From contig CAWGKG010000020.1 of assembly GCA_963823035.1 (NCBI GenBank), forward strand, positions 32,001 to 96,000: a stretch of DNA of 64,000 nt, given 5' to 3'. Source of the DNA: an uncultured Gemmatimonadales bacterium. Lineage in GTDB: Bacteria; Gemmatimonadota; Gemmatimonadetes; Longimicrobiales; Gaopeijiaceae. The position numbers were made by a program, and so were the translations under genes. The notes under the pieces are model-generated. The model saw only the letters and a list, made by a program, of their open reading frames with translations. It had not been told where the DNA came from and searched no databases. How positions within the stretch are numbered: position 1 is the first letter of the stretch; each line of letters begins with the position of its first letter. This document shows positions 41,406 through 52,255 of this stretch, piece after piece.

Positions 41406-44400
41406 CGACGCTGCGGAGGCCCGGAGCCTCCCTGGCCGCCCGCCGCCGCCCTGGACGCCTCGGGTGCGGCCACGCCCTCCAACCGCGGGCCCAGCACCTT
41501 CAGCACCTGGGCGGGGAGCGCGCTCGTGAAGTCGTACGAGCCGGCGCTCTCTCCCGGGACGTAGGCCACGACGACGCCGAAGTAGCGGTCCCCGGCGAAG
41601 AAGACGAGCGTGGAGGTCCGGTTGACCACCCGTGACGCGACGAGCGCGCCGCTCCGCCCGAACACGCGGTAGCGGTTGTCCCCTGTGCCGGTCTTGCCCC
41701 CGAGCGTGAGGGGGGTGCCGTCGGGGGTCACGAACGCGCCGCGCGCGCGCCGGGCCGTACCGTTCTCCACAACGTCGATCATCGCGCCGCGCGCGGCGGC
41801 CGCCACGTCCTCGCTGAGGACCCGAACGGGCTCGCCCCGCCGCTTCGTGAAATGGGTTTCGTAGGGGGTGCCCTGCGCGAACCGCAGCGCATGCACCCTC
41901 GCCACCGGGTAGCGGAGCCCGCCGTTCATGATGATTCCGGCCAGCTCGGCCAGAGCGAGCGGTCGGTCCCCCGAGCTCCCGATGGCCGTCCCGAGGGAGG
42001 GCACGATGTTGGCGAACGGATAGCCCACCCGGCGCCAGCGGCGCAGGATCCCCTGGAAAGCCTCGATCTCGAGCATGGTGCGGATGCGCGCGTCCTGCGC
42101 GTCCCTGCTGCGTGTCCGGAAGAGCCAGCCGTAGACCTCGATGCGCGCGTCGCGGCTCTCGGCCAGCACCTCCTCGAGGGTGGTGCCGGGGTGGTGGAGC
42201 ACCCACGACGCCACCCAGAGCTCGAGGGGGTGGATCCGCGCGAGGTAGCCCAGGTCGGAGAGCGTCTGGGCCGTGGGGTCGGTACGCGCGTAGAGGGCGG
42301 CCATCGCCTCGTCGGAGAGGCGGTCGTCGGGCGCGTGGTCGCGGACGAACTCCCCGAAGAGCGTCTCGTCCGCGTCGGGGGCGACGGTGCGGAATGCCCA
42401 CGCCAGCCTCGTGCTACCGAGGCGCCGTTCCTGGACCAGCGCGTCGAACACGTCCGGCCCCGTCTCTCCCTGGTACTTCCGGAAGAACGAACGGACGAAC
42501 GTCGCGCCCTCCTGGTCCGCGAAGCGCGTCAGGTAGTCCTGGCGCAGCGGATCGGCCTGGTTCTCCAGGACGCTCGCCGTACCCGCACGCGCCTTCTCGT
42601 ACGCCACCAGGTCGCGCATCAGGCGAACGAAGGGGAGGTTCACCGACTGGCGAAAGGCCTCGCGAATGGGCAGCACCCGACCGTTGAACTGGGCGTCGAA
42701 GTTCGCGAAGGTCTGCACCCCGCCCCCGGTCACGAAGCGCTCCGCGGGAGAGGCCGAGTAGCCGCGGTCGAGCGCGGCGGAGAGCATCTCGGGAACCGTC
42801 GCGTCCGGGTGGGCCAGCAGGTGGTCCACCGCCCAACGGGTCAGGCGGTCCGACGGCGCCACGTTCAGCGCCGCGAGGGAGTCCGGCGCGAGGGGGGAGA
42901 GCCCCTCGTGAAGCTCCTCCACGATCTCCAGGTAGGTCACCAACGTGCGCAACTTGGCGGTGGAGCCGAGCTCGAGGCGCGACGAGCCCGAGAGGCTGAG
43001 CGGGCCCTCGTAGTTGTCCGTCTGCACGCGGACGGCATTCCCGTCCGCCGTCCGCTCCATGAGCGTGACGGAGTACAGCACCCCCTTCGGGTCACCCACC
43101 TGCAGCAGCCTCGGCTCCGCGAACCCGTGGGTGGCGATGAAGCCCGGAATCGGCGAGCGAGCGCAGCACGCGCGTGGTCGCATCGTGCCACTGCATGTCC
43201 AGGTCGGAATGTGCGACCAGGTCCAGGCGGTCGAGGTCGTAGAGGCCCGGCACGCCCGTCAGCGTGAGGAGCTGCGAGCGCACGAGGTTCTGCGCCTTGC
43301 GCGTCACGAAGGAAGGCGGCGCGCGCTCCGGCGCCCGGTCCAGCGGGCGGACGGAGGGCCGCGCGGCGCGCGCCTCGTCGGCGAGCCAGCGGGGGACGAT
43401 GCGATCGGCCACCAGCAGTCCGAGATAGGCGTCCGTGAGGTCGCCCAGATCGGCGCGCCCGTCGCGACGCGCCAGGTAGTAGCTCGGCCGTCGATGCGCG
43501 AGGAGCAGGCTGAGCACCTGCCGGTAGGTGCGGGCCTTCAGCGCCCGTCCCGCCGAATCGGTGGGCTCGTTGCGCAGCACCTGGTTCACCTGGGCGAGCT
43601 CGACGCCGTACCATGCCCAGAGCCCGTCCGCCGTGCCGATCACCTCGCCGTGTCCCGTCTGGGCGGCCAGGGGGACGGAGTTCAGGTAGTCCGTGACGAT
43701 GCGGCGCCGCTCCTCGAGCGTGTTGGGGCCGCGGCGATAGGCACGCAGGGACGCCGTGAGCATCTGGTGGATCTTGTCGACCGGGGCACGCGTGACGCCG
43801 TCCGGCGAGTGGCGGAACTTCTCGATCTGTGTGGCGAGCGTGCTTCCGCCCGGGACGTTCCGGTCCACGCCGACGACGCGCAGCCCCAGCTCCGCCACGC
43901 TGCGTGCCAGCCGATCCCATTCGACCGCCGGGTTCCGCCGGGGCTGCTCCGGGTCGAGGAAGTCGCGGCTCTCCACGTACAGGAGCGTCTGCCACAGCAG
44001 GCGTGGAATCGAGTCGAACGACGCATAGGCGTGCGCCGGGTACACCTCGCGCAGCACGCGCCGACCCTGGTCGTCCAGCACCTCGAGTCCCGCCGAGGTC
44101 TTGGCTCGGTACACGACGTACGCCCCCATGCGGGTCGACTCGAGGAGCGCCCCGCTGAAGCGCGCCTGGTCCGTGAGGTCGAAGCCGAGGGTGTCCAGGC
44201 GGCGCCGCAGCGCCGGGATGCGGGTGTATCCGAGGCGAACGTCGTAGGGACCGGCGTTGGGGAAGACGATGCTGTCGCTCGCTCCCCGACCCAGGCGGAA
44301 GTCCAGTCCGCGCGCCGCCCGACTGAACACCCACGACTGCAGAGCCGAGCTTCGGGCCTCCGCGATCCCCGCGACGAGCACGACGAGGAGCATCGCCACT

Positions 44401-44474
44401 CCCGCGGCGAGCCAACGCCCGCACCCCCAGCGCCGGTCGGGGGGGGCTTCGTCCTTCCTCTGCCTTCTTTTCAC
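41402..44474 (-). CDS. Large class A-like penicillin-binding protein (transglycosylase + transpeptidase), frameshift near 43150
   Basis: TM anchor, VESRDF, GGSTLATQ, then STAK (SxxK), SVN (SxN) and GKTGT. Confidence 0.8.
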
Positions 44475-44557
44475 GCGTCGCCACGGACCACCCTTTCAGC
44501 GCATTTCGTCTTGCCTGGCAGGAAATCTAGCTGGACGGGGCACGCGACGTGGCGTCG

Positions 44558-44573
44558 CGGAACGATGCTTGCG
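44558..44573 (+). promoter_or_regulatory. Possible sigma-54 promoter of the PAS kinase
   Basis: CGGAAC-GATGC-TTGCG with correct GG/GC spacing. Confidence 0.45.
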
Positions 44574-44660
44574 AGGAGGGTTCACGCCGGACACCGTGAG
44601 CCCCATGTGTCGGTCCGGCACCTACGGAGAGAGGTGGGTCGAGATGACGGCATGGTAGGC

Positions 44661-45839
44661 ATGAGGCGAGACGAGCGGGGCGAGACCCGCTCCAAGGAGC
44701 CACCCGATCGCCCCAGGTCCATCTACGAGATGGTGGTCGAGAGCGTGCGCGACTACGCCATCTTCGCGCTCGACCCTCAGGGCCACGTCACCACCTGGAA
44801 CGTGGGTGCCCGCAGGTTGAAGGGCTACGTCACCGACGAGATCGTCGGCCGGCACTTCTCCGTCTTCTACCCGGCCGAGGACGTCGCGTCGGGCAAGCCC
44901 GCCTATGAGCTTGCGGTCGCGGAGTCGGAGGGGCGCGTCGAGGACGAGGGGTGGCGCGTGCGCAAGGACGGCTCGCGCTTCTGGGCCAACGTCGTGATCA
45001 CGGCCCTGAGGGATGACAGCGGCGCGCTCACCGGGTACGCGAAGGTCACGCGCGACCTCACCGAGCGTCGCGCCGCCGAAGAGCGCGCCCTGTTGGACGC
45101 CCGCCAGCTCGCGGAGGCCGAAGCGGCGAGCCGTGCCAAGAGCGACTTCCTGGCCGCCATGTCGCACGAGCTGCGTACGCCGCTCAACGCGATCGCGGGC
45201 TACGTCGATGTGCTGTCGCTCGGGATTCGTGGCCCGCTGACTTCGGAGCAGGCAGACGACCTCGAGCGCATCCGGCACAGCCAGCGGCACCTCCTGGCGA
45301 TCGTCAACGATCTCATCAACTTCAGTCGCATCGAGGCGGGACGGATCGCCTACCACGTCCGGCCGCTGGACACCGGGGAGGTGCTGGACACGGTTCGGGC
45401 GATGCTGGAGCCACGGGCCACCACCAAGGGGATCGAGGTGGAGTGGCCCTCGTCGGAGGCCCTGGACGCGCATGCGATCCTGGCGGACCCGCCCAAGGTC
45501 GAGCAGATCCTGGTCAACGTCATCGGCAACGCCGTGAAGTTCACCGGCCATGGCGGGCGCATCCGCGTCACCTGCTCCGGGGACGACGCGGGCGTCCGCA
45601 TCGAGGTGGTCGACAGCGGGATCGGCATCCCCGGCGAGCGGCTCGAGAGGATCTTCGAGCCGTTCGTCCAGGTGGGTCGTTCGCTCTCCTCCCCCCGGGA
45701 GGGCTCCGGCCTGGGGCTCGCCATCAGCAGGGACCTCACGCACGCGATGGGTGGGAGCCTCACGGTTCGTAGCGAGATCGGCCACGGATCCACCTTCACC
45801 CTGGTGCTTCCCGCCGTGCCGCCCTCCCCGGCCGGGTAG
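44661..45839 (+). CDS. PAS domain sensor histidine kinase
   Basis: Motifs DYAIFALD..WNVGA, RKDGSRFW, SHELRTPL, NAVKFT, DSGIGI and GSGLGL. Confidence 0.9.
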   Translation: MRRDERGETRSKEPPDRPRSIYEMVVESVRDYAIFALDPQGHVTTWNVGARRLKGYVTDEIVGRHFSVFYPAEDVASGKPAYELAVAESEGRVEDEGWRVRKDGSRFWANVVITALRDDSGALTGYAKVTRDLTERRAAEERALLDARQLAEAEAASRAKSDFLAAMSHELRTPLNAIAGYVDVLSLGIRGPLTSEQADDLERIRHSQRHLLAIVNDLINFSRIEAGRIAYHVRPLDTGEVLDTVRAMLEPRATTKGIEVEWPSSEALDAHAILADPPKVEQILVNVIGNAVKFTGHGGRIRVTCSGDDAGVRIEVVDSGIGIPGERLERIFEPFVQVGRSLSSPREGSGLGLAISRDLTHAMGGSLTVRSEIGHGSTFTLVLPAVPPSPAG

Positions 45840-45887
45840 CGGCAGCCGCCACGTCCTGCAGCCCGACCCCATCACCTCGAGGCCACT

Positions 45888-46784
45888 TTGAGCGTATCGG
45901 ATTCCCCTTCGACCCTCGTCATCGTCAACCCGGGAGCCGGCGGCGTGGCGAGCGGCGCGACGCTGGCGCAGACCCTCGATCCACTGCGCCCTGCCCACGT
46001 GGTCGAAGCCACCGGACCGGGGCACGCCCGCGTCCTCGCGCGCGAGGCGGCACGATCGGGCGCAACGCGCATCGTCGTGGTCGGAGGTGACGGCACCCTG
46101 CACGAGGTGGTGAACGGCCTCGAGGCGTCGCCGTCGTGCGCGCTCGGGATCATCCCCGCGGGCACCGGGAACGATACGGCCCGCTCGCTCGGCATCCCCC
46201 TCGAGCACGATGAAGCCGTGCTCCTGATCGCGAAGGGAGAGGCGCATCCCACCGACCTGATCTCCGTCGAGGTCGATGGGAAGGAGGAGTACGCCATCAA
46301 CGCGGCCTGCGGCGGATTCGGCGGCGAGGTCAACGAGCGGATGACGGACGAGCTCAAGGCGCGTTGGGGACCCCTCGCCTACATCCGCTCGGCGGGCGAC
46401 GCCCTGACCGACATCCCGGTGCACCGGGTCCGGGTGCGTATCGACGGCGGCGAGGAGGAGGAGCTCGTCGTGCTCAGCCTCGTGGTCGCGAATGGGCCTT
46501 TCGCCGCCCGGGGTGTGTGCGTGGCGCCGGGCGCCCGGCCCGACGACGGACGCCTCTCGGTCCACGCCGTGCTTCAGGCGCCGATCGTGGAGTTGCTGGC
46601 GGTCGTTCCCGGCGTGTTGAAGGAAGAGGTGCCGGAGAGCGACCACTACAAGGTGTGGCGTTGCCGCCACATCGACGTCTCGTCGGAAGACACACTGGAC
46701 GTGAGCGTCGACGGCGAGCTCCGCAGCGGGAGGCGGTTCCGCTACGAGGTGGTCCGCGGCGGGCTTCGCGTCTACAGACCGTAG
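45888..46784 (+). CDS. Diacylglycerol kinase family lipid kinase
   Basis: Motifs NPGAG, GGDGTLHEV, PAGTGND and VDGE. Confidence 0.9.
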   Translation: MSVSDSPSTLVIVNPGAGGVASGATLAQTLDPLRPAHVVEATGPGHARVLAREAARSGATRIVVVGGDGTLHEVVNGLEASPSCALGIIPAGTGNDTARSLGIPLEHDEAVLLIAKGEAHPTDLISVEVDGKEEYAINAACGGFGGEVNERMTDELKARWGPLAYIRSAGDALTDIPVHRVRVRIDGGEEEELVVLSLVVANGPFAARGVCVAPGARPDDGRLSVHAVLQAPIVELLAVVPGVLKEEVPESDHYKVWRCRHIDVSSEDTLDVSVDGELRSGRRFRYEVVRGGLRVYRP

Positions 46785-46802
46785 TCGGGCGGGCGGTCCA
46801 CC

Positions 46803-47697
46803 CTACGGAGCTTCGCCGAGGCGCTTCTCGAACCAATGCTGGGCGTACGGGTCGTCGTTGAAGGCGGGCACCTCGCGGTACCCCGACGTCCGGTAGAGCC
46901 GGATCGCTTCCGAGAGTGTTCCGTTGGTCTCCAGGCGCACGAGCGCGTACCCGAGCGTGCGCGCTTCGGACTCGAGCGCGGCCAGCAGCCGTCGTCCCAC
47001 ACCCAGACCGCGCGCCGAGCGGTCGACCCACATCCGCTTGATGGAGGCTACGCCGTCGTCGAGTCCCTTGACGGCACCGCCCCCTATCGGCTCCCCCTCG
47101 GCCCGGGCCACGAGGAAGACGCCGCGGGGCGGGACGAGGGCTTCGTCCTCGGCCGGGAAGGCTGGCCGTCGGGTCGAACCCATGCGGGAAGCGCTCGTCC
47201 AGTTCCGCGAAGTAGCTCGCGACGCAATGGCGGGCCGGCGCCGAGGAGGGGTGGACCCGCTCGATGCGCATCCCCGAGAAGCGGAGGAGGCGATGCACCT
47301 CGTCCATCGCCGCCACCAGGCGCTCACGCTGCGTGGGCGTCAGGGGCTCGAGGATCTTCTCCGCCACCCGGTCGGCGCGCCGGTCGGTCTCCGCGACCTC
47401 GTCCTGGCCCGCTTCCGTGAGGCGTGCGTAACGTACGCGCTCGTCGTCCTGGCCGGCCTCCACCTCCACGAGCCCCTTCGCGGCCAGCGCGTGGATCAGG
47501 CGGCTCAGGTAGCCGGAGTCCAACTCGAGGCGGTCGCGCAGGTCACGCAGCTCCGCGCCTTCCGCGCCGACCTCCCAGAGCAGGCGCGACTCGCCGAGCG
47601 GCCGGTCGCGGCCGAGGAAGGAGGCCTCGAGCGCTCCGGCACGTTTCGTGACGACCCGGTTGAAGCGGCGGACCGCCGCGATCTGGTCGGGATACAT
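46803..47697 (-). CDS. Bifunctional MarR-type regulator/GNAT acetyltransferase, frameshift near 47160
   Basis: MarR part VRRFNR and LDSGYLSR. GNAT part IKRMWV, ARGLGVG, RLETN and WFEK. Confidence 0.85.
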
Positions 47698-47700
47698 TTG

Positions 47701-47716
47701 TCTGACTTTAGTCAGA
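47701..47716. promoter_or_regulatory. Probable MarR operator TCTGACT-TT-AGTCAGA
   Basis: Perfect inverted repeat 3 bp upstream of the MarR-GNAT start codon. Confidence 0.65.
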
Positions 47717-47813
47717 GACTCGGCCCCGGGCAAGCACCCGATGCGTCTTCGGCACACGCACGCACGCGGGGTGTTCCACGACGGCACACGCTTCGTTCCG
47801 AGCTCTGCTGGAG

Positions 47814-48425
47814 GTGACCGTGGGAAAGAAGATCCTGATGCTGGTCGGCGACTTCGTGGAGGACTACGAGGTCATGGTCCCGTTCCAGGCGCTCCAGGCC
47901 GTCGGCCACACGGTGCATGCCGTCTGCCCCGGCAAGAAGGCCGGCGACAAGGTGCGCACCGCCATCCACGACTTCGAGGGCGACCAGACCTACAGCGAGA
48001 AGCGCGGCCACGACTTCGCGCTCAACGCGACGTTCGCCGACGTCCGGGCCGAGCAGTACGACGCTCTGGTGATCTCGGGCGGACGCGCCCCCGAGTACCT
48101 GCGCCTCGATGAAACGCTGCTCGATGTCGTGCGCCACTTCTTCGCCCACGACAAGCCGACCGCGTCCATCTGCCACGGCGCCCAGATCCTCACGGCCGCC
48201 GGCGTGGTGAAGGGTCGCAGGGTGTCGGCCTATCCCGCGGTCGGCCCCGAGGTCACGCTCGCGGGTGGCGAGTACGCCGACATCGAGATCACCGGCGCCG
48301 TCACGGACGGCAACCTGGTGACCGCGCCCGCCTGGCCGGCGCATCCGGCGTGGCTCTCGCAGTTCCTCGCGGTGCTCGGCACCACGATCCACACGGACGA
48401 GAAGGCGGCGGCCGCCGGGGCCTGA
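47814..48425 (+). CDS. DJ-1/PfpI family protein
   Basis: Motifs [22 protein letters not shown] and TAPAWPAH. Confidence 0.9.
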   Translation: MTVGKKILMLVGDFVEDYEVMVPFQALQAVGHTVHAVCPGKKAGDKVRTAIHDFEGDQTYSEKRGHDFALNATFADVRAEQYDALVISGGRAPEYLRLDETLLDVVRHFFAHDKPTASICHGAQILTAAGVVKGRRVSAYPAVGPEVTLAGGEYADIEITGAVTDGNLVTAPAWPAHPAWLSQFLAVLGTTIHTDEKAAAAGA

Positions 48426-48554
48426 GCCGTGCCGGGCGCTTGGAGCGCCGGTCGTGTCCGGCGGAGCGCGCGCGGCGCCAACACCGACCTCGCTCCGGAT
48501 GTCTGTACGGTGGCGCCCCGGCGCCCGTCAGCTTCCTCCTGTCGAGAACGAGCC

Positions 48555-50591
48555 ATGCAACGATACCCCCGTTCGATCGCAGCCCCTCTGGCCGCCGCCG
48601 CCCTCCTCCTCCTCGCCGCGCTCCCCGCCGCTGCCCAGCGGCGATCCCTCGGCGTCGACACCACCGGCTTCGACCGGTCGGTGCGCCCGCAGGACGACTT
48701 CAACCGCTTCGTCAACGGCACCTGGATCGCGCGCACCGACATCCCTTCGGATCGATCCAGCTACGGCTCCTTCGACGCACTCCGCGTCAAGAGCGAGGCG
48801 GCCATCCGCGAGATCGTGGAGGAGGCCGCTGCCGCGCACTCCCGCCCGGGCTCCGAGCTGCAGAAGGTGGGCGACTTCTATGCGTCCTTCATGGACACCG
48901 CCCGCGTCGAGCGGCGCGGGCTCGAGCCCCTGCAGCCCGAGCTCGACCGCATCGACGGCCTCGCCACCATGGACGACCTCCCAGCCCTCCTGGCCCATCT
49001 GCAAAAGGTGGGCGTGGGGGGGCCGATCGGCGTGTTCGTCTCCCAGGACCAGAAGAACTCCGACGCCTACATCGTGTCGGTGAGCCAATCGGGGCTGGGG
49101 CTGCCGGACCGCAGCTACTACCTCGGTGACGATGCCCGACTGGCCAAGGTGCGGGACGACTACGTGACCTATCTCACGCGTCTCTTCACGCTGGCCGACC
49201 GCTCGGATGCTGCCGCGGCGGCCGGCCGCATCCTCGCGCTCGAGACGAGGATCGCCGGGGCGCAGTGGGACCGTGCCAGGAATCGCGACCGCGACGCCAC
49301 CTACAACAAGGTGAGCGTGGCCTCGCTCGACGGGACGATGCCGTCCTTCGCGTGGGCGACGTTCCTCCAGGAGAGCGGGATGGGCGGCGCGGCCGACGTC
49401 GTCGTACGGCAGCCCGACTACCTGGAGAAGCTCGACGCCATTCTCGCGTCGACCCCGGCCTCCACCTGGCGCGACTATCTCACGGCGAGGCTGCTGAGCG
49501 CCTACGCGGACGAGCTACCCTCCGGCTTCGTGGACGCCAGCTTCGAGTTCCGGGGACGCACGCTGTCGGGGCTCCAGGAGCAGCGGCCGCGCTGGAAGCG
49601 CGGCGTGTCCGAGGTCGAGGGTGCCCTTGGGGAGGCCGTGGGCAAGCTCTACGTCGAGCGCAACTTCCGGCCGGAGGCCAAGGCGCGCATGGACGCGCTG
49701 GTGAAGAACCTGCTCGTGGCCTTCCGTGCGGGCATCGACGACCTGGAGTGGATGAGCCCGGCCACCCGTGCGCAGGCGCAGGAGAAGCTCGCGAAGTTCA
49801 CCGTGAAGATCGGCTACCCGGACGAGTGGCGCGACTACTCGGCCCTGGAGGTCAGGCGTGACGATCTGCTCGGCAACGTGATGCGTGCCAACCGCTTCGG
49901 CTACAACGACATGGTCGGCCGCCTCGGCGGTCCGGTGGATCGCACCCGCTGGGGCATGACGCCGCAGACCGTCAACGCCTACTACAACTCCGTCAACAAC
50001 GAGATCGTCTTTCCGGCGGCGATCCTCCAGCCTCCCTTTTTCAACGTGGAGGCCGACGACGCCGTCAACTACGGCGCCATCGGCGCGGTGATCGGGCACG
50101 AGATCAGCCACGGGTTCGACGACCAGGGCCGCAAGTCCGACGGTGACGGAAACCTGCGGGACTGGTGGACCCCGGCCGACGCAGCGGCCTTCGAGGAGCG
50201 CACCACCCGCCTCGGCGCCCAGTACGCGTCGTACGAGCCCCTCCAAGGCATGCACATCAACCCGGGCCTGACGATGGGGGAGAACATCGGGGACCTGAGC
50301 GGTCTCGCGGTCGCGCTCCGCGCCTACCACATGTCGCTCGACGGGAAGGAGCCCCCGGTGATCGACGGCTTCACCGGTGACCAACGCTTCTTCCTCGGCT
50401 GGGCCCAGGTATGGCGCACCAAGATGCGGGACGAGGCGCTCCGGCAGCAGCTCCTCACGAACCCGCACTCGCCGGGTGACTACCGCGCGTTCGTGCCGCT
50501 CCGTGACCTGGACGCCTTCTATCGTGCGTTCGACGTCAAGCCCGGTGACGGGATGTACCTCCCGCCCGAGGAGCGCGTGAAGATCTGGTGA
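48555..50591 (+). CDS. M13 family metallopeptidase
   Basis: Signal peptide, PQDDF, VNAYY, HEISHGFD and ENIGD. Confidence 0.95.
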   Translation: MQRYPRSIAAPLAAAALLLLAALPAAAQRRSLGVDTTGFDRSVRPQDDFNRFVNGTWIARTDIPSDRSSYGSFDALRVKSEAAIREIVEEAAAAHSRPGSELQKVGDFYASFMDTARVERRGLEPLQPELDRIDGLATMDDLPALLAHLQKVGVGGPIGVFVSQDQKNSDAYIVSVSQSGLGLPDRSYYLGDDARLAKVRDDYVTYLTRLFTLADRSDAAAAAGRILALETRIAGAQWDRARNRDRDATYNKVSVASLDGTMPSFAWATFLQESGMGGAADVVVRQPDYLEKLDAILASTPASTWRDYLTARLLSAYADELPSGFVDASFEFRGRTLSGLQEQRPRWKRGVSEVEGALGEAVGKLYVERNFRPEAKARMDALVKNLLVAFRAGIDDLEWMSPATRAQAQEKLAKFTVKIGYPDEWRDYSALEVRRDDLLGNVMRANRFGYNDMVGRLGGPVDRTRWGMTPQTVNAYYNSVNNEIVFPAAILQPPFFNVEADDAVNYGAIGAVIGHEISHGFDDQGRKSDGDGNLRDWWTPADAAAFEERTTRLGAQYASYEPLQGMHINPGLTMGENIGDLSGLAVALRAYHMSLDGKEPPVIDGFTGDQRFFLGWAQVWRTKMRDEALRQQLLTNPHSPGDYRAFVPLRDLDAFYRAFDVKPGDGMYLPPEERVKIW

Positions 50592-50594
50592 AAG

Positions 50595-50629
50595 CCGGGG
50601 GCGGCGCGTCCGCCCCCTGGTAATTTATT
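50595..50629 (+). terminator. Probable intrinsic terminator
   Basis: GGGGGCGG/CCGCCCCC stem followed by an AT-rich tract. Confidence 0.5.
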
Positions 50630-50747
50630 CAGACGTAGATATATTCATATGTATTAGATTCCCGTCGGACCCTCCCGGCCTTCCAAGGCCGACCGCCACG
50701 CCTCGGGACGGACGGCCCCCACGGGCCCGAACGCCCGGACGAACGAT

Positions 50748-51296
50748 ATGACATCGCCGAAGCTGCCCGCCTGGTTCCGGACCCTCGAGGTGGCCCTCTG
50801 GGTCCTCGTGGCCGGGGCTTTCGCTTTTCGCTACCTCCCGGTCGAGGCGCTCGGGCGCCCGACCGAGGAGGGCGCTGCGCCCGACTTCTCCGTGAAGACC
50901 TTCGCGGGCGACAAGGTGCGCCTGCACGACCTGCGCGGGCAGGTCGTGCTCGTGAACTTCTGGGCCACATGGTGCCCGCCCTGCCGCCTCGAGATGCCGG
51001 GCTTCCAGTCCGTATGGGACGACTACGGTGACCGCGGCTTCACCGTGGTCGGGCTCGCCACCGACCTCGGCGGCTCGGGCCAGGTGGCGGCCTTCGTTCG
51101 CGACCACGGCATCACCTATCCGGTGGCCATGGCCACGGACGAGGTCCGGCGGCTGTACGGTGGCGTCGACATGCTCCCGCAGTCCTTCCTCCTCGACAAG
51201 CACGGCCGCGTCCGCAAGACGGTGGCCGGGGTGTTCAGCGAGGGGACGCTGCGCAAGCTCGTGGACGAGCTGCTGGCGGAGGGGGAGACCTCATGA
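50748..51296 (+). CDS. TlpA family disulfide reductase
   Basis: TM anchor and NFWATWCPPC. Confidence 0.9.
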   Translation: MTSPKLPAWFRTLEVALWVLVAGAFAFRYLPVEALGRPTEEGAAPDFSVKTFAGDKVRLHDLRGQVVLVNFWATWCPPCRLEMPGFQSVWDDYGDRGFTVVGLATDLGGSGQVAAFVRDHGITYPVAMATDEVRRLYGGVDMLPQSFLLDKHGRVRKTVAGVFSEGTLRKLVDELLAEGETS

Positions 51297-51982
51297 CCGT
51301 ACATCCCGTGGTGAGGCTGGGGCTGCCCACGTTCCTCTTCGCGCTCCTGGTCGCGGCGCCCGGGAAGCGATCCGCCGGCATCGGCGCCGAGCCGACCCCG
51401 ATCGCCGGCGCCGCCGAGGAGCCGCCCCCCAACGTCCCGCTCACCGAGCTCTACCACGAACTGGCGGTGGGCGACGAGGCGGGCGGCCCGCACCTGACCG
51501 TGGTCGAGTTCAGCGACTTCGGCTGCCCCTACTGCGGCGTCTTCGAGCGCGAGACGTTCCCCGCCCTGCGCCGGGAGTTCGTGGAGACGGGCCGCGTGCG
51601 CTGGCGCTTCGTGCCCTTCGTGCTCGGGATGTTCCCGAACGGGCTGGAGGCGATGCGTGCGGCGACCTGCGTGGCGGAGCAGGGGGACGAGGCGTTCTGG
51701 AAGATGCACGACATCCTCTTCGAGAAGCAGGACGTGTGGAAGGCCAGCCGCGATCCGGACCAGATCTTCCGCAGCTACGCGGTGGTGTCCGGTGCGGACG
51801 GCGACGCCTTCTCGGTCTGCTTCGACGACGCACGCTCGGCGGATCGGGCCACTGCGGCCAACGCGCTGGCGCGTCAGGGCGGGGTGCGCTCCACGCCGAC
51901 CTTCTTCGTCGGTCGGCAGATGGTGCAGGGCGCGCTGCCCGTGGAGGAATTTCGCAAGGTGCTCGAGGCGGCGCTCAGGTAG
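51293..51982 (+). CDS. DsbA-like thioredoxin domain protein
   Basis: EFSDFGCPYC and GVRSTPTFF. ATGA overlap with the TlpA gene. Confidence 0.9.
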   Translation: MTVHPVVRLGLPTFLFALLVAAPGKRSAGIGAEPTPIAGAAEEPPPNVPLTELYHELAVGDEAGGPHLTVVEFSDFGCPYCGVFERETFPALRREFVETGRVRWRFVPFVLGMFPNGLEAMRAATCVAEQGDEAFWKMHDILFEKQDVWKASRDPDQIFRSYAVVSGADGDAFSVCFDDARSADRATAANALARQGGVRSTPTFFVGRQMVQGALPVEEFRKVLEAALR

Positions 51983-52077
51983 CCGGGTCGGGCGCGGCTC
52001 GCAGCGACGCCATCCCGCCCCGGAGGCGACCCGCCCCGACTTGGACACCCTCGTCCTCTGCTCCTAGATTCCGATCC

Positions 52078-52143
52078 ATGACGCTCCTACCCGTCGACGC
52101 GCGCCCGAGCCTCTTCGCTCCCCCGAATCCCACGGGGAACTGA
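52078..52143 (+). CDS. Putative leaderless uORF MTLLPVDARPSLFAPPNPTGN
   Basis: The ATG lies 7 nt after a TAGATT -10 box (52065), with a TTGGAC -35 box at 52041. Confidence 0.35.
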   Translation: MTLLPVDARPSLFAPPNPTGN

Positions 52144-52217
52144 AACCCGGCGGCCGACGTCGACCGACATCGGCCCGGAAAGGCCTTCGCGCTTCCGAAT
52201 CGACCGGGTGTTCCCCG
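52133..52217 (+). ncRNA. Candidate structured cis-regulatory leader (three-way junction)
   Basis: CGGGGAAC/GTTCCCCG and ACCCGG/CCGGGT close two internal hairpins. Confidence 0.4.
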
Positions 52218-52255
52218 CCGCCGCACGCCCGGACGACAACCGTATTGGAGCGCAC

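Noticed and set aside
43014..44660. N-terminal extension of the PAS kinase (941 aa)
   Set aside because: Antisense to the PBP gene. Kinase homology starts near 44661.
52141..52217. Selenocysteine readthrough, hammerhead ribozyme or lysine riboswitch
   Set aside because: Readthrough is out of frame with lat, there is no CUGANGA core, and the size and junction differ from the lysine riboswitch.
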